Below are positions 22,501 to 35,568 of a stretch of 64,000 bases of DNA, one piece after another. Source of the stretch: Tubulanus polymorphus (lineage: Eukaryota > Animalia > Nemertea). Position numbers and translations under genes: made by a program. The stretch lies in assembly GCF_964204645.1 (NCBI RefSeq), contig NC_134025.1:21680299-21744298 (forward strand), written 5' to 3'. The notes beneath the pieces were generated by a model. That model saw nothing but the letters and a program-made list of their open reading frames with translations. It searched no databases and was not told the DNA's origin. The stretch's first letter is position 1. The number at the start of each line of letters is the position of its first letter.

Positions 22501-25500
22501 ATGTGAAACGTTGGTCGAAATTTTTTAGAATTTGCAACTATATTTGACAAGGATTTAGCAAGAAGTGATTAAACTAATAGGTTCATGTGCCCAGGGTATA
22601 TCGTGACAAAGCTCATGTATATATGCTCATGTATATATCATGTATATCGGCTTGATACGTACGTTTCACTGACCCTGCTTTCAACAGCTTGATAGCCTTT
22701 ACCATCATCTGCCACAGTGTTCGACCGAAACAACTGGATACGAGAAAATAAAAATCAAATCAGATTGTGGCGGCACCCGAAGCACTGTCGACCATAGTGA
22801 TCATTTCATACGCTAAATCAAACTGAATAGAATCGATTCGTTAAAGAAATTACAGGATTACAGGACTTTCAAATATAAAGATAGATGTAGTAAATGTATA
22901 TATTTACATTTTGAGAACACGCGGGACTCAAAATTCTAAGGGCTGTTTAGATGAATCAATTTTAATGATAACAAAATAGAGACGCCAATGGGGAAGGTAA
23001 AAATGTATTCCTATACGTATTTTTTGTGAACTGATTCATAAGAAAAAAGAAAAATTAAGATATACTAAGGCAATGATGAAGATTTTCCAATTGTCCAATC
23101 TTAAAGAATGATAACCATCGATTCCGTTTATGATGATAATGATTTCAAAATGATTTAATCTGCCATACCTACCATGTTAACCGCCTTCTTTTTTATGTAA
23201 TTCATTTCAGTTTCGTGAATGACGTTGTGGAATAGGGCGATCTTTGGTCCGAGGCTGACTATCTCCACATCGGCCGGCCTGTACGGGATTTTCGTGCGCC
23301 TGTGGTAACATTTCAAGCGGGCCACGTATTCCTTGGACTGGAAACGATTTAAGTACAACAAATTACTCGAGCTCTCGATGTTTTATCAGTACAGTCAAAA
23401 CCTGCTTAATCCGGATCGGCTTAATTCAGGTTTTGGTCTGATGTGGACAATATATTCGCAGCCCATTATTGTTCATAAATATGCAAGAAAATGACTTTAT
23501 TAATCCGGATTTCCCGTAAACTGGATGAACTTTGTTGGTCCCAAATGATCCGAATTAAGCGGATTCTACCGTAATTAAAGAAAAAACAAATGATGGAGGT
23601 AAATAAAATTTACCCTTTGCACGTCATGTCGGCACAATGCCTCATATTTAGGTCTCCACTCAGCAGCGTAAGGTTCGATGTATCTATGAAGGGGTTTCGA
23701 GCGTTCTTCTTCTGGCGCTCTTTGGAACTTATTCTCATAATACTTCATATCTCCTTTGATCGCCGCATTCGTTGGGTCTGGGAATAAGTTAACATTATTG
23801 TCAGTAATTATGTTCTTGTTCTTAAAAAGAAAATTCAATTTTGAATTTGAATTTGAAAAAAGCCGATACATCGGGATGCTCTCCGGATTTCTGAAAGTTA
23901 CTTGCCGATTTCTTTTGCTTCACGAATCAGTTGCACTGTCTTTTGTAGGTCACCGTGCTGTATAATTCAAAAAGCAAAAACTACGACTAATGATAATGAT
24001 TTAATGCATTAAAGCAGACTTCTTAATTTGGATCAGTTCAATACGGAGTATGACATTATCCAAACGGGGAACAGGGGTGTACGCAGGGGATTGTGGGGCC
24101 GGTTCGCGGGGTTCGTACGTAGCAAACCTTTTGATCGGTAAATTACGATGTCACGCTTTTTTTCCAAAGTGGAGGTTGCAATCATCAGTAATCGTGTAGT
24201 AGATGTATGGATTAAAACACTTCTTTAAAAATCCATTGTTTTACTCAAATAGCTGTGATGTTACAGTTCTAGCTGAAAGATCATATTTTGATAAACAAAC
24301 CACCCCAGAATTTTGACCGGGGACGCCTCTGTATTATGTAAACCTATGTACGTTAGAATGATTTCAAATGCAAATGTCCTATAAATCAGAAGGATGATGA
24401 CCTCCCCCCATATTTCGGATCAAATGGGTTTTATCATGTAACGAACTAGGTTTCCATTGCCAGACAAACACGATCAATATAACGTACATTTATATACAAA
24501 TGACGTTCATCTATTGATATGAAATACTTGAAATTCGAGTAAACTCTCCATATGCTGTGTTTTTGTATCTATATCCCCATACGTAATGGGATTTCAGTTG
24601 GAATTAAGCATCTCATCTCGTGGCCAGAAAATGATTCGTTCGTGTCGATCAAAATTATTATGATCCTTATTATTTTCCTGATTTGCTTATTGCATCAGCT
24701 TTGGCTTACAGATAACAACCTACCGTCTCACCTCCTGAGATCTCCCAAAAATGTCTTTTAGAAATTGTTTTGAATTCTTAAATGAATATCCTATCACTCA
24801 CATCATAGATCGTATCGAGTTGTTTACCTGATTATAGACGGATGCCAGCAGTTTCAGAGCTCTTGCCAATGAGTACGACGATTGAGCACCTCGTCGGACT
24901 AGTTCAACGAAATATGTCAGCCAATCGACGGCTTCGTAAAGTAAGTAATCGTGTTTCGAGTAAGCGGCAATTCCGATTTCACGAAATTCATCCGCCGTTA
25001 GCGCGTCATGAACCGTCCCGTTCAGTCGGCCTTGGGCCAACTCGTCGAAACTTATGAAGTAGACGTTACGAAGTCGTATCAGTGCTAACGCAGCGCCTTT
25101 TACATCCTCGTCACCTTGTGGCCAACCTTTGCTTTCTTTCTTCATGTTTTGATAATCGTCAAGAAAATCTGAAATATTGTTCACGACATGGTTACTAATT
25201 TCCCTCCAACGAATTTCAGCAGGCGGTGATCTTGTGTGCGTTTGGAGTTAGATTTAGATGCAAATATGATAAGCATTGCAAAAGAAATTTTGGTATGTTT
25301 ATTCGTCGATGCCAGAGGTAAATGTCTAGCGACGCTGCTGAAATTGCACTAATGGATTTCGGGAATTACAAATCTTTTTGAAGGGACGCCAGACCACTAG
25401 AAAAATCCCATAAGAGAGAAATTTTCGTCTGTGTCGATAATGTTTTACGTGAACGGTATTTCAATTTGAATTCACTATGAAAATGAGAAGCGACGGATCT

Positions 25501-26158
25501 ATTTTTTGACACCACCGACGTTAGTCATCTAGTTGCACTGGAATGAAATTCAATCCACCAGTGTCAAGAGACATCTCAACGCCAGGCAGAACCCCAAATA
25601 AATTACGAAATTGATACCCAAACTGTTGATGTTTTCACTTTAGACAGAGACCCATAGCAAATCTATGTGTAGTTATGACGTGTTGACTATCGAAACTAAT
25701 ACTAACTTTCTATTGCTTTATCGGAGTCAAGTTTCTCCAGTTCACCGAGCCAGTGCTGCCAGCCATTTACCAGCCTTTTTAGGTGATGGAATATGTTCAC
25801 GGGATGGTTTAGAAAATTTGCATCAAGTCTCTCCTTATTCCAGCGTTCTTTTACATCGAGTACAAATCTAATCAAAGAATTGAACGACACTCTTATCGAT
25901 GGCTGAGAAACATGAGCCTATCATTTGCGTTTTGGATAAACAGATTATAACTTGCCTTTGAAATCCTTTAAAGATATCATTTTCTTTTGTTGATTCGGTA
26001 ACTTTTTCAAACAACTTAACACTCTGCTTCAGTAAATATCCCTCATTTCCGAAACCTAGTTTTAGTTTAGCGACTGCCGTAAACGTTTGCGCAGAAATCG
26101 AGTTGCCACTCAAAAATAAACAAACGGTAAGCAAACTGAAATAAGTTGGTAAATTCAT
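19550..26158 (-). CDS. P4HA: Collagen prolyl 4-hydroxylase alpha subunit (12 exons, ~547 aa)
   Basis: Exons 26158-25956, 25867-25707, 25168-24828, 23957-23906, 23777-23614, 23337-23173, 22733-22663, 21959-21845, 21207-21157, 20748-20665, 20310-20145, 19620-19550 (1644 nt, in frame). Hydrophobic signal peptide, HPVNIFHHLKRL, DVKGAALALIRLRNVY, KYEALCR, catalytic NYGVGGMYEPHYD (HxD), GNRLATWMYY, TLHAGCPVLIGSKW, NKWVHE. Confidence 0.93.
19925..20025. mobile_element. MITE family B, partial copy (P4HA intron)
   Basis: CCATAACAGACCCGGCATCTATAGAAATGAACTGATT...GACCCGGCCGATAAGGAGAAACAATGTATC matches the 3' half of the family. Confidence 0.65.
23392..23571. mobile_element. Tc1/mariner-pogo-type MITE, family A copy 2 (P4HA intron)
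   Basis: TA-CAGTCAAAACCTGCTTAATCCGG...ATCCGAATTAAGCGGATTCTACCG-TA; shares CAAGAAAATGACTTT...TAATCC.GATTTCC.GTAAAC and TTTGTTGGTCCC with copy 1. Confidence 0.7.
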
Positions 26159-27848
26159 AATTGGAATGTGAATTAGACCGTCAGGGTGAAACCATCCGCA
26201 GTGGAAGATATGTCACATCTGCGCGTAGTCTAACTACGTGGACTGCAGAAGTCGCGTTGTAACATATGTCCTGTGTGAACCAACCAATTTGTTGCCCCCT
26301 TGTCTCATTGATACTTTCAATGTTAGTGTATATATTCATGTAACATCGTATATTATATGGAATTATCAAATCTAACTTAATCATCATTTGGTATAAGGAT
26401 TTGATTTGAACAAGCTCAGTAGGCCTAGCTGAAATGAATTTTCGAAAATGTAGTAAATTTTATCATCAAATCTTCAAAAAGTTTCATTTTCAAAACGGTT
26501 TCTAACCATACATTATGCAACATTAAAAATGAAAGGTTTTCTAAAAAAGCGTAGCTTATCGATTGTTTTCTTGAAATCAAAGATGCTCATTAGTTTTCTA
26601 GAAAGCGCATGTAACCGGTTGGGTGTTATACCGGCAGGTTGGCTGGGGAACTAGCATTCGATTCACACCAGCGGTACTGGATTCCATCCATCAGGAACAA
26701 CAAGGCAGTTAAACCTTACACGAATGTTACATGATTAAGTATTTCATGTAGTAAGAGATATAAAATATCATGAAATTGTAGATATCTATGATTATAAATT
26801 GTGTGACCTATATCAAGGCGACACATAAATAACATCGTGAAAATAGATTTCCAGGAATATCAACACTATAAAACAGCTTTGATACGCTTAAAATTTGCCT
26901 TCAACACCTTTTGAAAAATTCATAGTATCGTTCATCGAAATGTACATGATATCAATTAAACAAAAATTGAATCAATGTAGAATCAAATCGATTTAAGAAT
27001 GATAGACACAGGGTGTCCCAAAAGCAACATGGGACCTGCATCGAACACGTGGTTTGAACAGGAACGGGTTAAATCCTCTTGCAAGACTGTGACCGTTAAG
27101 AAATGATTATAGAAACAATAACTCCCATGCCTGTGCTTTGAATTTATGCAAATATTCTCTTGTCAGTTTCAGAATCACTATCAATGTGCTTCCTGATGGA
27201 AATAGGGACATTTTTGGACACCTACGTAATACATCTTTAGGCTGGAAAATATTTTAAGGTCCAATGTGGCTAATATGTAATAAAATATTCAGTCTTGAAG
27301 TCACTCGGCTGTAAAAACGATTTCTTATTAGACGTATGTACGTATGTGATTTGCAATAGATATAATTTTTTCGTGTCGAAAATCAATATCTTCAACTGCC
27401 ACATTGGTTCCTCCTATTATCTAGATACGATTCACGCATCAGCTGCTACCCCCCAATTGCTACGCCCAGCTGCTACCATGTGTATCGTAAGAACCTAATA
27501 AAACGAAAATCAAATTATTCCAGAATTCGGGAATTGCCATGAAAAAATGAATGAACAGAAGTAATGTTGAAATAGAAATATATTATAATGCATATATATT
27601 TACATTTGTATAAAGTTTTAGATTCCTGTTATATATACACCTCATAAGAGGTTATTCGGCTGTCTTAGGGTATTACGAGCAATCATCTCTTGATTGCTCG
27701 TAGCTTAGACATACTAATGCCTCATAAACCCACGTTTACCTGAAGCATACCAAAGATTCAGATAGCCGACAGTGTAACAGAATTAGCAGGGATTAATTGT
27801 TTACGAGAGGATATTGACTTCTTAGTTGTAAATTGATAGATTCACAGT

Positions 27849-30800
27849 TCAAACGAGATCATCGATGGAAATATGCATTTGACGCACAAAATGTTCCGAA
27901 CTAGTTTTCATGCTCATGTTGATAGGTTCCAATAGTACTTGGCCGCGGACGCCGCTATCGCCGTACATCGGATCGGACAGCGACACCTGTCGCAGCGGAT
28001 CTGTCTCGTCTACGAGTGAAAACACCAAGAAGCTTTCGCCGTCGATGATTACGACGGTACGCCCAGCGTTGGTTAAGTACAGCTGGCTTCTATTGCTCAA
28101 AGATTTCTTCAACGAAACCGTGTGCAACGGACATTTGGCGATTTGGATATTTCGGTTGCTGTTATTGAGAACGGCGTTCAACGTCCCGACAGTTCTATTG
28201 ATCCACACCACGTAACGACTGTCATCCGTGAACCTCGGTTGAATATTCATGGCTCTGCCTAAAGATGTTTCTACTTCGGTAGATACTTGCTGCAATACAT
28301 CTCCCGTCTCTAGGTTATACACCCGAAGATTGGCGTCGATCGCTACGCGTCCGTTCTTCGAAGTGTCCTTGAAACCGCCGGCTACGTTCAGTATCGGTAC
28401 GTACGGGGCGAACGATTTGAAGTCGAATAAGCAATACCGCATACGATTGGGGAAGGTCTCGGGGGTGTACTTCAACAAAAAGACGGACGGTCGTAATGGA
28501 AAGCTAGTGATTGAAATAGCCGTTAAATAACCGAGTTTTTCTCTCAAATTGCATTCAGCGCTTAAGTGTGAAAAATTCTTCCCGCTGTAGATTTTTAAGA
28601 TAACCCCAGATGGACCGGTTAATACCGCCATTCTTTTATCCGGCAATATTTCGACGTGTTTCACCACGTCGTGTAAGGTCGCATTTCGCCGTCCGTTTGT
28701 CATGCTATATACATAGAATTTTGACGCGCGAATGTTGTCCCGAGCCCACGTAGTGAATATGTAGTCCGACGAGTATCCAATAATTTTTTCATTTTTGAGA
28801 TCGATGGTGTAAAGATGCGCCCCCGTTTCGGAAGAAAATACGCGCAGGATCGTACTGGGACTGTCATCAAGCAGTATAGGCGATATATCTTTGTCCGGTT
28901 TTAGAGGAGCCGATCGGGTATAGCGCGGAACAGCCGGTGTTCTCGGAGTGCTAGATAAACCTGGAACCAGCGTAGTATTCGATCTAGATAGAATAAGACT
29001 TTTTGGAGCCACATTTCCGACTAGGTCTTCTTCGATGATATTCGACAATGCGTCGTCGTTGTCGCCGCTATCTTCGAAGCAAACATCGGCGCGAACAATT
29101 TTCAGTTTTTCCAGTTCGCGAGCCTCAAAAAGCCCTTCTCTCCAAGCATCATCAAAAATACCTGCCACGAAATTAAATATTGGGGAATCGATTTTGACAA
29201 TATTCGATGTTGGTGTCAAACCGAACACCAGTTCATGACTAGATTCGATATTTTCATTCGGCACGACTTCACTCGCTGTTATACTGTCACCGCATTCTAG
29301 GATAATTGGCCCAATAGTTTTCTGTTCAGGTGCATCAAGATCCTCTTCACTAACGGTTGTTTCTTTTAACTTATCATCCAAAATGTCTGAGTTATTATTA
29401 GGATCTTTGGTAACTTTTTCGTTGATTTCTGCAATGTTGCTCTCATTAACTGGACCTTCATTCTGCTTGGAACCATCAGTAGTACGCTGCAGATTTACAT
29501 CAGTATCAGCCCCAGTATTGATTACGCCATCTGCACTTTCCTTGACCGCAACACATTTTTCGTACATCACCAACAGCTTCTCGCCATCTGACGTCATCGC
29601 TCGTGTTGTCGGTTTTTGTCGGGAGCTAAAGCGTCCGCAATCTAACTTCGTGCTTCGGAATCTATTCTTTACCATATCGAAATAGACGAGCTTTCCAGTT
29701 GCATTTCCGCTACCGTAAATAACGTTGCTCCCCTCCGGATAACGAGGATTATTGAAACCGGTGGGACATTTCTGTCCCTCGAGAACGATCCTATTCGTAC
29801 CCCTGGATCGGTGTTTCGAACGCAACGTTTGTATGTCCAGAACGTAAACCTTATTTTGCGTCGCAACAGTGACCAGATTTGATACCGAAGAAGCTGTAAT
29901 GTTGTAAATCTGCTGTTTGGTGTCACAAACGAGTAACAAGTTACCAGTCGCGACCCTGTATACGAAGAACTGACCGCAGTCCATATCATTTGGATCATAG
30001 CGCATGACAAGAGCGGAATCGCGCGTGAATACCGCAACAGCACCCTCGGATGGAGAACCGAGCTCGCTCAAAAGTTCTACAGCTTTGATATCCCAGATAA
30101 ATGCTTTCTTACCACGAGCAGTATCGTAGTCGGCAAGTACGTAGAGATTGTCGGGCGACAACACCATTTCGGTGACTTTCATTAAGCGATCCTTGAGCAA
30201 TTTCAACAAGTAAACATGGTCGTCGCCGATATCCGTTGGCGGAAAGGTCGCTATCGGGGTAAGGGGTAGTCCCGGCGAGATGATGCCTGTATTGTAGACA
30301 TGTATCTCACCCGTGTGCAAACCGACAATTGAACGGCGACTACTATCATTAATCAGTACTTTCGCAGCGGCATCGGCTTCTCGAATAACGCCCATTTTCA
30401 TGTTAGTCTCGACGCTGTAAACGGTCAATTTGCCATATTTCAGACCGATCAGGTATTTTTCGTCGGGCGTAATAGCGTGCGGTAGGTTAATGCCTTTTGC
30501 TTTCGCTAGAATTTCGCCAGTAGCCAGTTTGAAAAACCTGCTTACTGAAAACTCGCTCACGACCGCGAGAAAATTCGTCGTTATATAACAAATCTCGTGT
30601 AAACCAAGGTCGTCCTCGTCTTGGTAGTTGACAATCAGTTTTCCGGAGAATAAATCAAACACTTCGAATCCAAATGTGGGGTCGTGAAACGTACATACAA
30701 TGTAATTGTCATGCGGGCAAAGCTTGACTTCTTGGTAGGTCTTCTGGTCGGTACCGTTCACCAATTCGATGATTCGTTGTTTTTCGCCGACGGACGTTTC

Positions 30801-33800
30801 CCAAAACGAAATTTGATTCAAGCACGTTTCTTTGGTGATCACCCGGCTCAGGTCTTTCGTGCATACGACTAGGCCTCTCTCGGTATCGTAAGGGCCCATA
30901 TTTGGAGCGTAGTTGATCGATGTCAAGACACCAGGCTGCATCGCACCAAAAACTGGAAATGTCGGTATCAACGGACAATGTCGACCGCCGATCATGTCGC
31001 TCTGGGTTATAAGCATGGATATGTGCGGTGACGAAGCGATCATGTCTGACAGTCGACCGGATAATTCGACGTTTAGTGATTCCGGACATTTCCGAATGGA
31101 TTTGGCGATATGTCTCAAAGTTGTCGATAACAATGTTATGTCGGTGTTATCCCCTAGTACGGGATGTTTGGTGTACGTGTTGTATTCGAGAAGAAGTGCT
31201 TGGGCATTTGCAGTGTACAGTCTAGCTCGCACGTATTCGTAATTATAAATCACGTAAGAACACAGATCGTCGTGTCGTTTGCTCATTTCCAAATGATGTG
31301 GTAGCTCGACAACTTTGCGAGTGTTGAAAATGTGCAGATTGTTCTCCAGCGGATCTGTGACCGTACGTTCGTAAGGTTGTGACGGTGGACACCCGTAACG
31401 GAATTGAGCGATGGCCATCTTCGTTTGCGATGAAGCGTAACCGATAAAATAGTCGGCCATCAAAGAGTGAATGTAAATCTTAAACTCGCTATCATCGAAG
31501 TAGATATTCTTGCAGCATTCAGCTATAAGTCTATGCCCGAACCTCAAAAGCCTTTTACCAGATATATCATATATTTTCAGTAGATCTCGGAATCCTTTCA
31601 GCAGACCGAATATCATAGCGTGCGGGATTTCCTTGCTGTCTATAACCCGGTGTTCAAGCAGATACTCGATAAGACGTCCATCCATATTCAAGACCCCTTC
31701 GAGTTCGTATTCCGAAACTCCTTGTTTGGCTGAGACGATAAACGCCGTAGCGTGCTTCACGAACACGTGACCGTACGTCTTCTCGAGTCGACTAAGTTGC
31801 CGTTCAACGAACGAACGAACGCTGAAAACGTTATTCGCAAGGTCGGCGTGGTCGTACGAACGATATTGGCGTATTTCATCGAAAAGCAACTTGAGAAATA
31901 GATTGGTAATACCGGTTGGATTCTGGACGGCTGATCTGGCGTAATTATGTTGCCCGTCGGACAATTTAACTTTAGACGATGCCATCCACTCTAGCATAGC
32001 GAATGTGGCTTCTTTAGTTTGGAAACGTTCTAGAACCAGCTTATTCGTTCCCCATCTTGCCTCAGCAGCAGTGACCATATCGGCGCATGAAGATTTGACG
32101 GATACTATAACTTTGATATTTTCCGGTAAGATGTCTGGTAACCATTTGTAAGCTGCGGGATTATGGTCGTTCGTCAATTGTTCGACGTCGTCCAGCAGTA
32201 AAACCAGAGGCGATACATGTGAAGCCATTTCCATAAGCACCTCGTGGAATTCCGTAACTAATGTGTAATAGTCCAATGGCGGCTTCCACTTTCTTCCAAT
32301 TGTATCGTTCAATTGTTGGCAAATACTGATAAGAGCGCATTGGATATGGAGCGCTGTCTCCGTCAGGCCAAATTTTCTGTAAACCACCATCGAATGGGAT
32401 CCGCATAACTGCGCAGCTTTGAAGGCTTTTGCCAGTAGTGTCGATTTTCCCGAACCGCTTTCACCGACCATAAGCAGAGGCTTTCTTTCGCTGGACTCGA
32501 GGTATTCGACGAGTTTTTGAAAGGCGTTAGTCCGCGTGGCGTGCACTTGGTCAAAATTAAGTAAACCTGTCCTCAAATGTCGTACAATTTCATTCTCTAA
32601 TTCGTCTGTCCTGGGTTGATAAAACAGTAGAGACTTATGAATACGTTTCAGCATCTGTTCTTCGAACTTATTGCATAGCTCGTTTATATACTCTTTATGG
32701 TTGTATACATCGACATCTACCTCTTTGTCGATCCTATCCAACTTCACGTGCGCCACCAGGTGTTCCGGTAGAATCGATTTCTTTCGCACTAGAATATCAG
32801 CGTTCGGGTCGACGTTAGCCCCGCACATAGACCACGAGATCGAATACGGAATGATATCATCGGCAAATTTAGTTTTCAGGGTGTTTCCGATAGCGGCCAT
32901 TTTCTTTCCGCTATCAACATCGACGTTCGAGTTTTCGAGTAGATCAATAAAGTCCGACGAAGATGATTCCGTCAAATGTTCGGCTATGTCGGAAATTGTT
33001 CGGTGTACGATGAAGTTCCCGCAACCGTCAGGTTTCGGAGTCTGGTTCAGCAGACCTAGTTTTATCTGCGTCTCGAAATCTGAAACGGAAGATTTTCTTA
33101 CTTCAATCGTATTCGAAATATTTTGAATGACCAAGTTTCGGAATGACCAATGCCAGACGACGGTATTCGCCATCTTTCGTTTAACGGCCGCACGAATCCG
33201 ACGACAACTTACCAGATTGAATGAACGGACGACATTCCTGTTCAGTGAGTTTGCAGTTTGTTAAGCACATACTCGCAGCCTCCTTCAACCTCAGCGTTAG
33301 ATATTTGCTTATGGAATTCCAATCCGTATATCCTTGCGTCACAAATGACATGCTCTAAAATACATAAGTCACCGAATATTCTGATATTACATCTCCACAC
33401 ACAAACATGGACTAACGGCAATTCGTACATGATGTCACTAAAATATATATAGATCTGATCAGTTTCCCCGTTTGAATTTAGGATTTAGCATCGAGAAAGC
33501 ATGGCCTGTTTCGCTTTAAGAATCTTGCTAACTACATGTATTTTGATAACGAGGATTAAAATTGGTCACATTTTCTTTGATGTAAACTCGCATATACACA
33601 ATGTAAATCTATTAAGAATTTCATCCAATAACTTAAGATATTTTTCGGTTAGTTCCTGGAACTTACATCTGCCGATCAAAAATGTAAGTTATCGATCTGG
33701 CAGTAATTCTGACCTCTATAATCTGTTTTCTTGATCGTAAGATGTACTGCGGCGGCGTTCTGTTTTCGTCGAGGAAGTAACAATGTTCCAGCAAATCTAC

Positions 33801-35568
33801 GGCCCCCGTGTCGTCTTTCAAAGCGGCTTCTAAAGCGATGAACACATCGAATGTGACCGAAGCCGGAATATGCGCCTTCCCATACTTTTGACCGAGCAAA
33901 ATCTAAAGATTATTCAATATATACATTTGCTCATTGTCAGCATATATAGAACATGAATTTCTAGGGGCTGGTTTTATAGACTGGAATAACCTTTAACCCG
34001 GGGGCTACCTCAATTGAAAAAGATGTAAGTTAGCCCCCGGTTTAAAGTTAATACCAGTCTATAAGATCAGTCTATGAGATCGGCCCCAGGACATGTAAAG
34101 ATGTTGTATACAATGATGTATTTTGATTTTTGTGAGGCTTAGAATTCATTATTATGCATTACAATGAATTCTAAGCCAGACACGCATATCAATACAAGGG
34201 TATTTTGCGACAAGATTTTTTATCATTTTCGATTTTTAAGAGTTGCAAAAAATCATGAAATTCCAAAAAGGCTAAAAAATGAAAAATCCCAATGATCAGA
34301 GAGTTACGTACCACGAAATTCGGACCTATTGAGTATTCTTGACATTTCTTTATTTCATGTTCCGCAAGTTCTGCGAGGTTGATTTCACCGACCAGACTTT
34401 CAGGCATATTCCACTTAAGATCTATCATCTAGAATCGAACATTTTCAAGGATAAACTCAATGAGATTTCCCCCATCCCGGTCCCACGGTAACACGCAAAT
34501 ACTTAATCCAGAATCCAGTGTTTCATTGTTGACTCTAGAGTTAAGTGATCGATTGAGAGTGACTCCAGAGTCGGAATCAGTTCAATTCAATTCAATATTT
34601 ATTTCACGGAAAAGCAGAAGGTTGGCCCAGGAAGAACTAGCCACGCTCATCCATTAAGCCGGTTCCTGAACCGTGTAACAAAAGGCAATTAGAATGATTT
34701 ATTTTCTAACTTTTGCTTTTTTTAAAGAAAAGATAGAATCTAAATTCGATGATTTTTAGTGAATCGGTGTTGATGATACCTGAAAATCTATTCCGTATTT
34801 ATCGCGGCATATTTTGCGTAGTCTGGGTCGCACTCGTTCCATAATGGCTGTTCGCTCTGATTTCATATCTAATTCTTTAAATAGATTTAGAATAAGATCA
34901 TCAAATAAGATTTGGATGAAAAAACAACATAGCTGTGAAATCAACAGAATGATGATATATTATCAGTGCGTGCTTTGTACGTCAATATCCATTGTCACCA
35001 GTTGAAACGTCTGGGACCAGTTGCTCAAATGTTGGTTGGTTAACCAGTGGCCAAAAGTTTGTTAAAGATAACCGGTGGATAAATACCAGATTCATAATGA
35101 ACTAATAATTGTCATTATGTCTTACAAACCACAGGTTAACTCTAACCAACTTTTGAGCAACTGGCTCCAGGTTTATGCAAAAGTATTCATTTATGGAATC
35201 GAAAGAAATACCCCCACTCCGATGTGGAGCTACTGAATAGTAGGTGTTTTAACCAAGACTTTTTATCTGTATACTATATTAGGTGATCCATAAGAATGTG
35301 TGAACATTTGAAAAAAGATTTCGATAATGTTATCCAAGTGTGGCTTAAGTACACCTAGTCTATCACTGGGTTGCAGTTCTGTTGTGCGGACTTTAAATCC
35401 AAATAGGGCTTCGAAAACCTATCGTTAAATATTTGTAGAATAATATTTACCTGATGAACTGGAGCTGAGAAATACACGTACGACCCTGCTTTCGGTCAAC
35501 GGTAGGTCCTCCAACTCGACGTTACCCTTCAACAAATCCATTCTGGACATGCCAGCTGCCGATTCCAT
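27849..35568 (-). CDS. NACHT and WD-repeat domain protein (NWD1/NWD2-like: DUF4062-like N-terminus, P-loop NACHT, divergent beta-propeller repeats)
   Basis: Exons 35568-35451 (VVRVFLSSSSS), 34868-34780 (DMKSERTAIMERVRPRLRKICRDKYGIDFQ), 34428-34312 (MIDLKW...CQEYSIGPNFV), 33902-~33667 (LLGQKYG...LDENRTPPQYIL), then a terminal exon from ~33237 to the stop at 27849. Walker A GESGSGKS, Walker B LLLDDVEQL, WLP motif, FNTRKVVELPHHL. The exon 4/5 junction is uncertain (alternative donor at 33714). Confidence 0.85.
33962..34089. mobile_element. Palindromic MITE family D copy 1
   Basis: TATAGACTGG...TTTAACCCGGGGGCTA...TAGCCCCCGGTTTAAAG...CCAGTCTATA; same core as 62219-62310. Confidence 0.65.
35011..35170. 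mobile_element. MITE family C copy (NWD intron)
   Basis: CTGGGACCAGTTGCTCAAA ... TTTGAGCAACTGGCTCCAG terminal inverted repeats. Confidence 0.7.

Noticed and set aside
27910-33126. Numerous + strand ORFs (60-150 aa) overlapping the NWD exon
   Set aside because: Antisense shadows of a long coding exon, with no recognisable domains.
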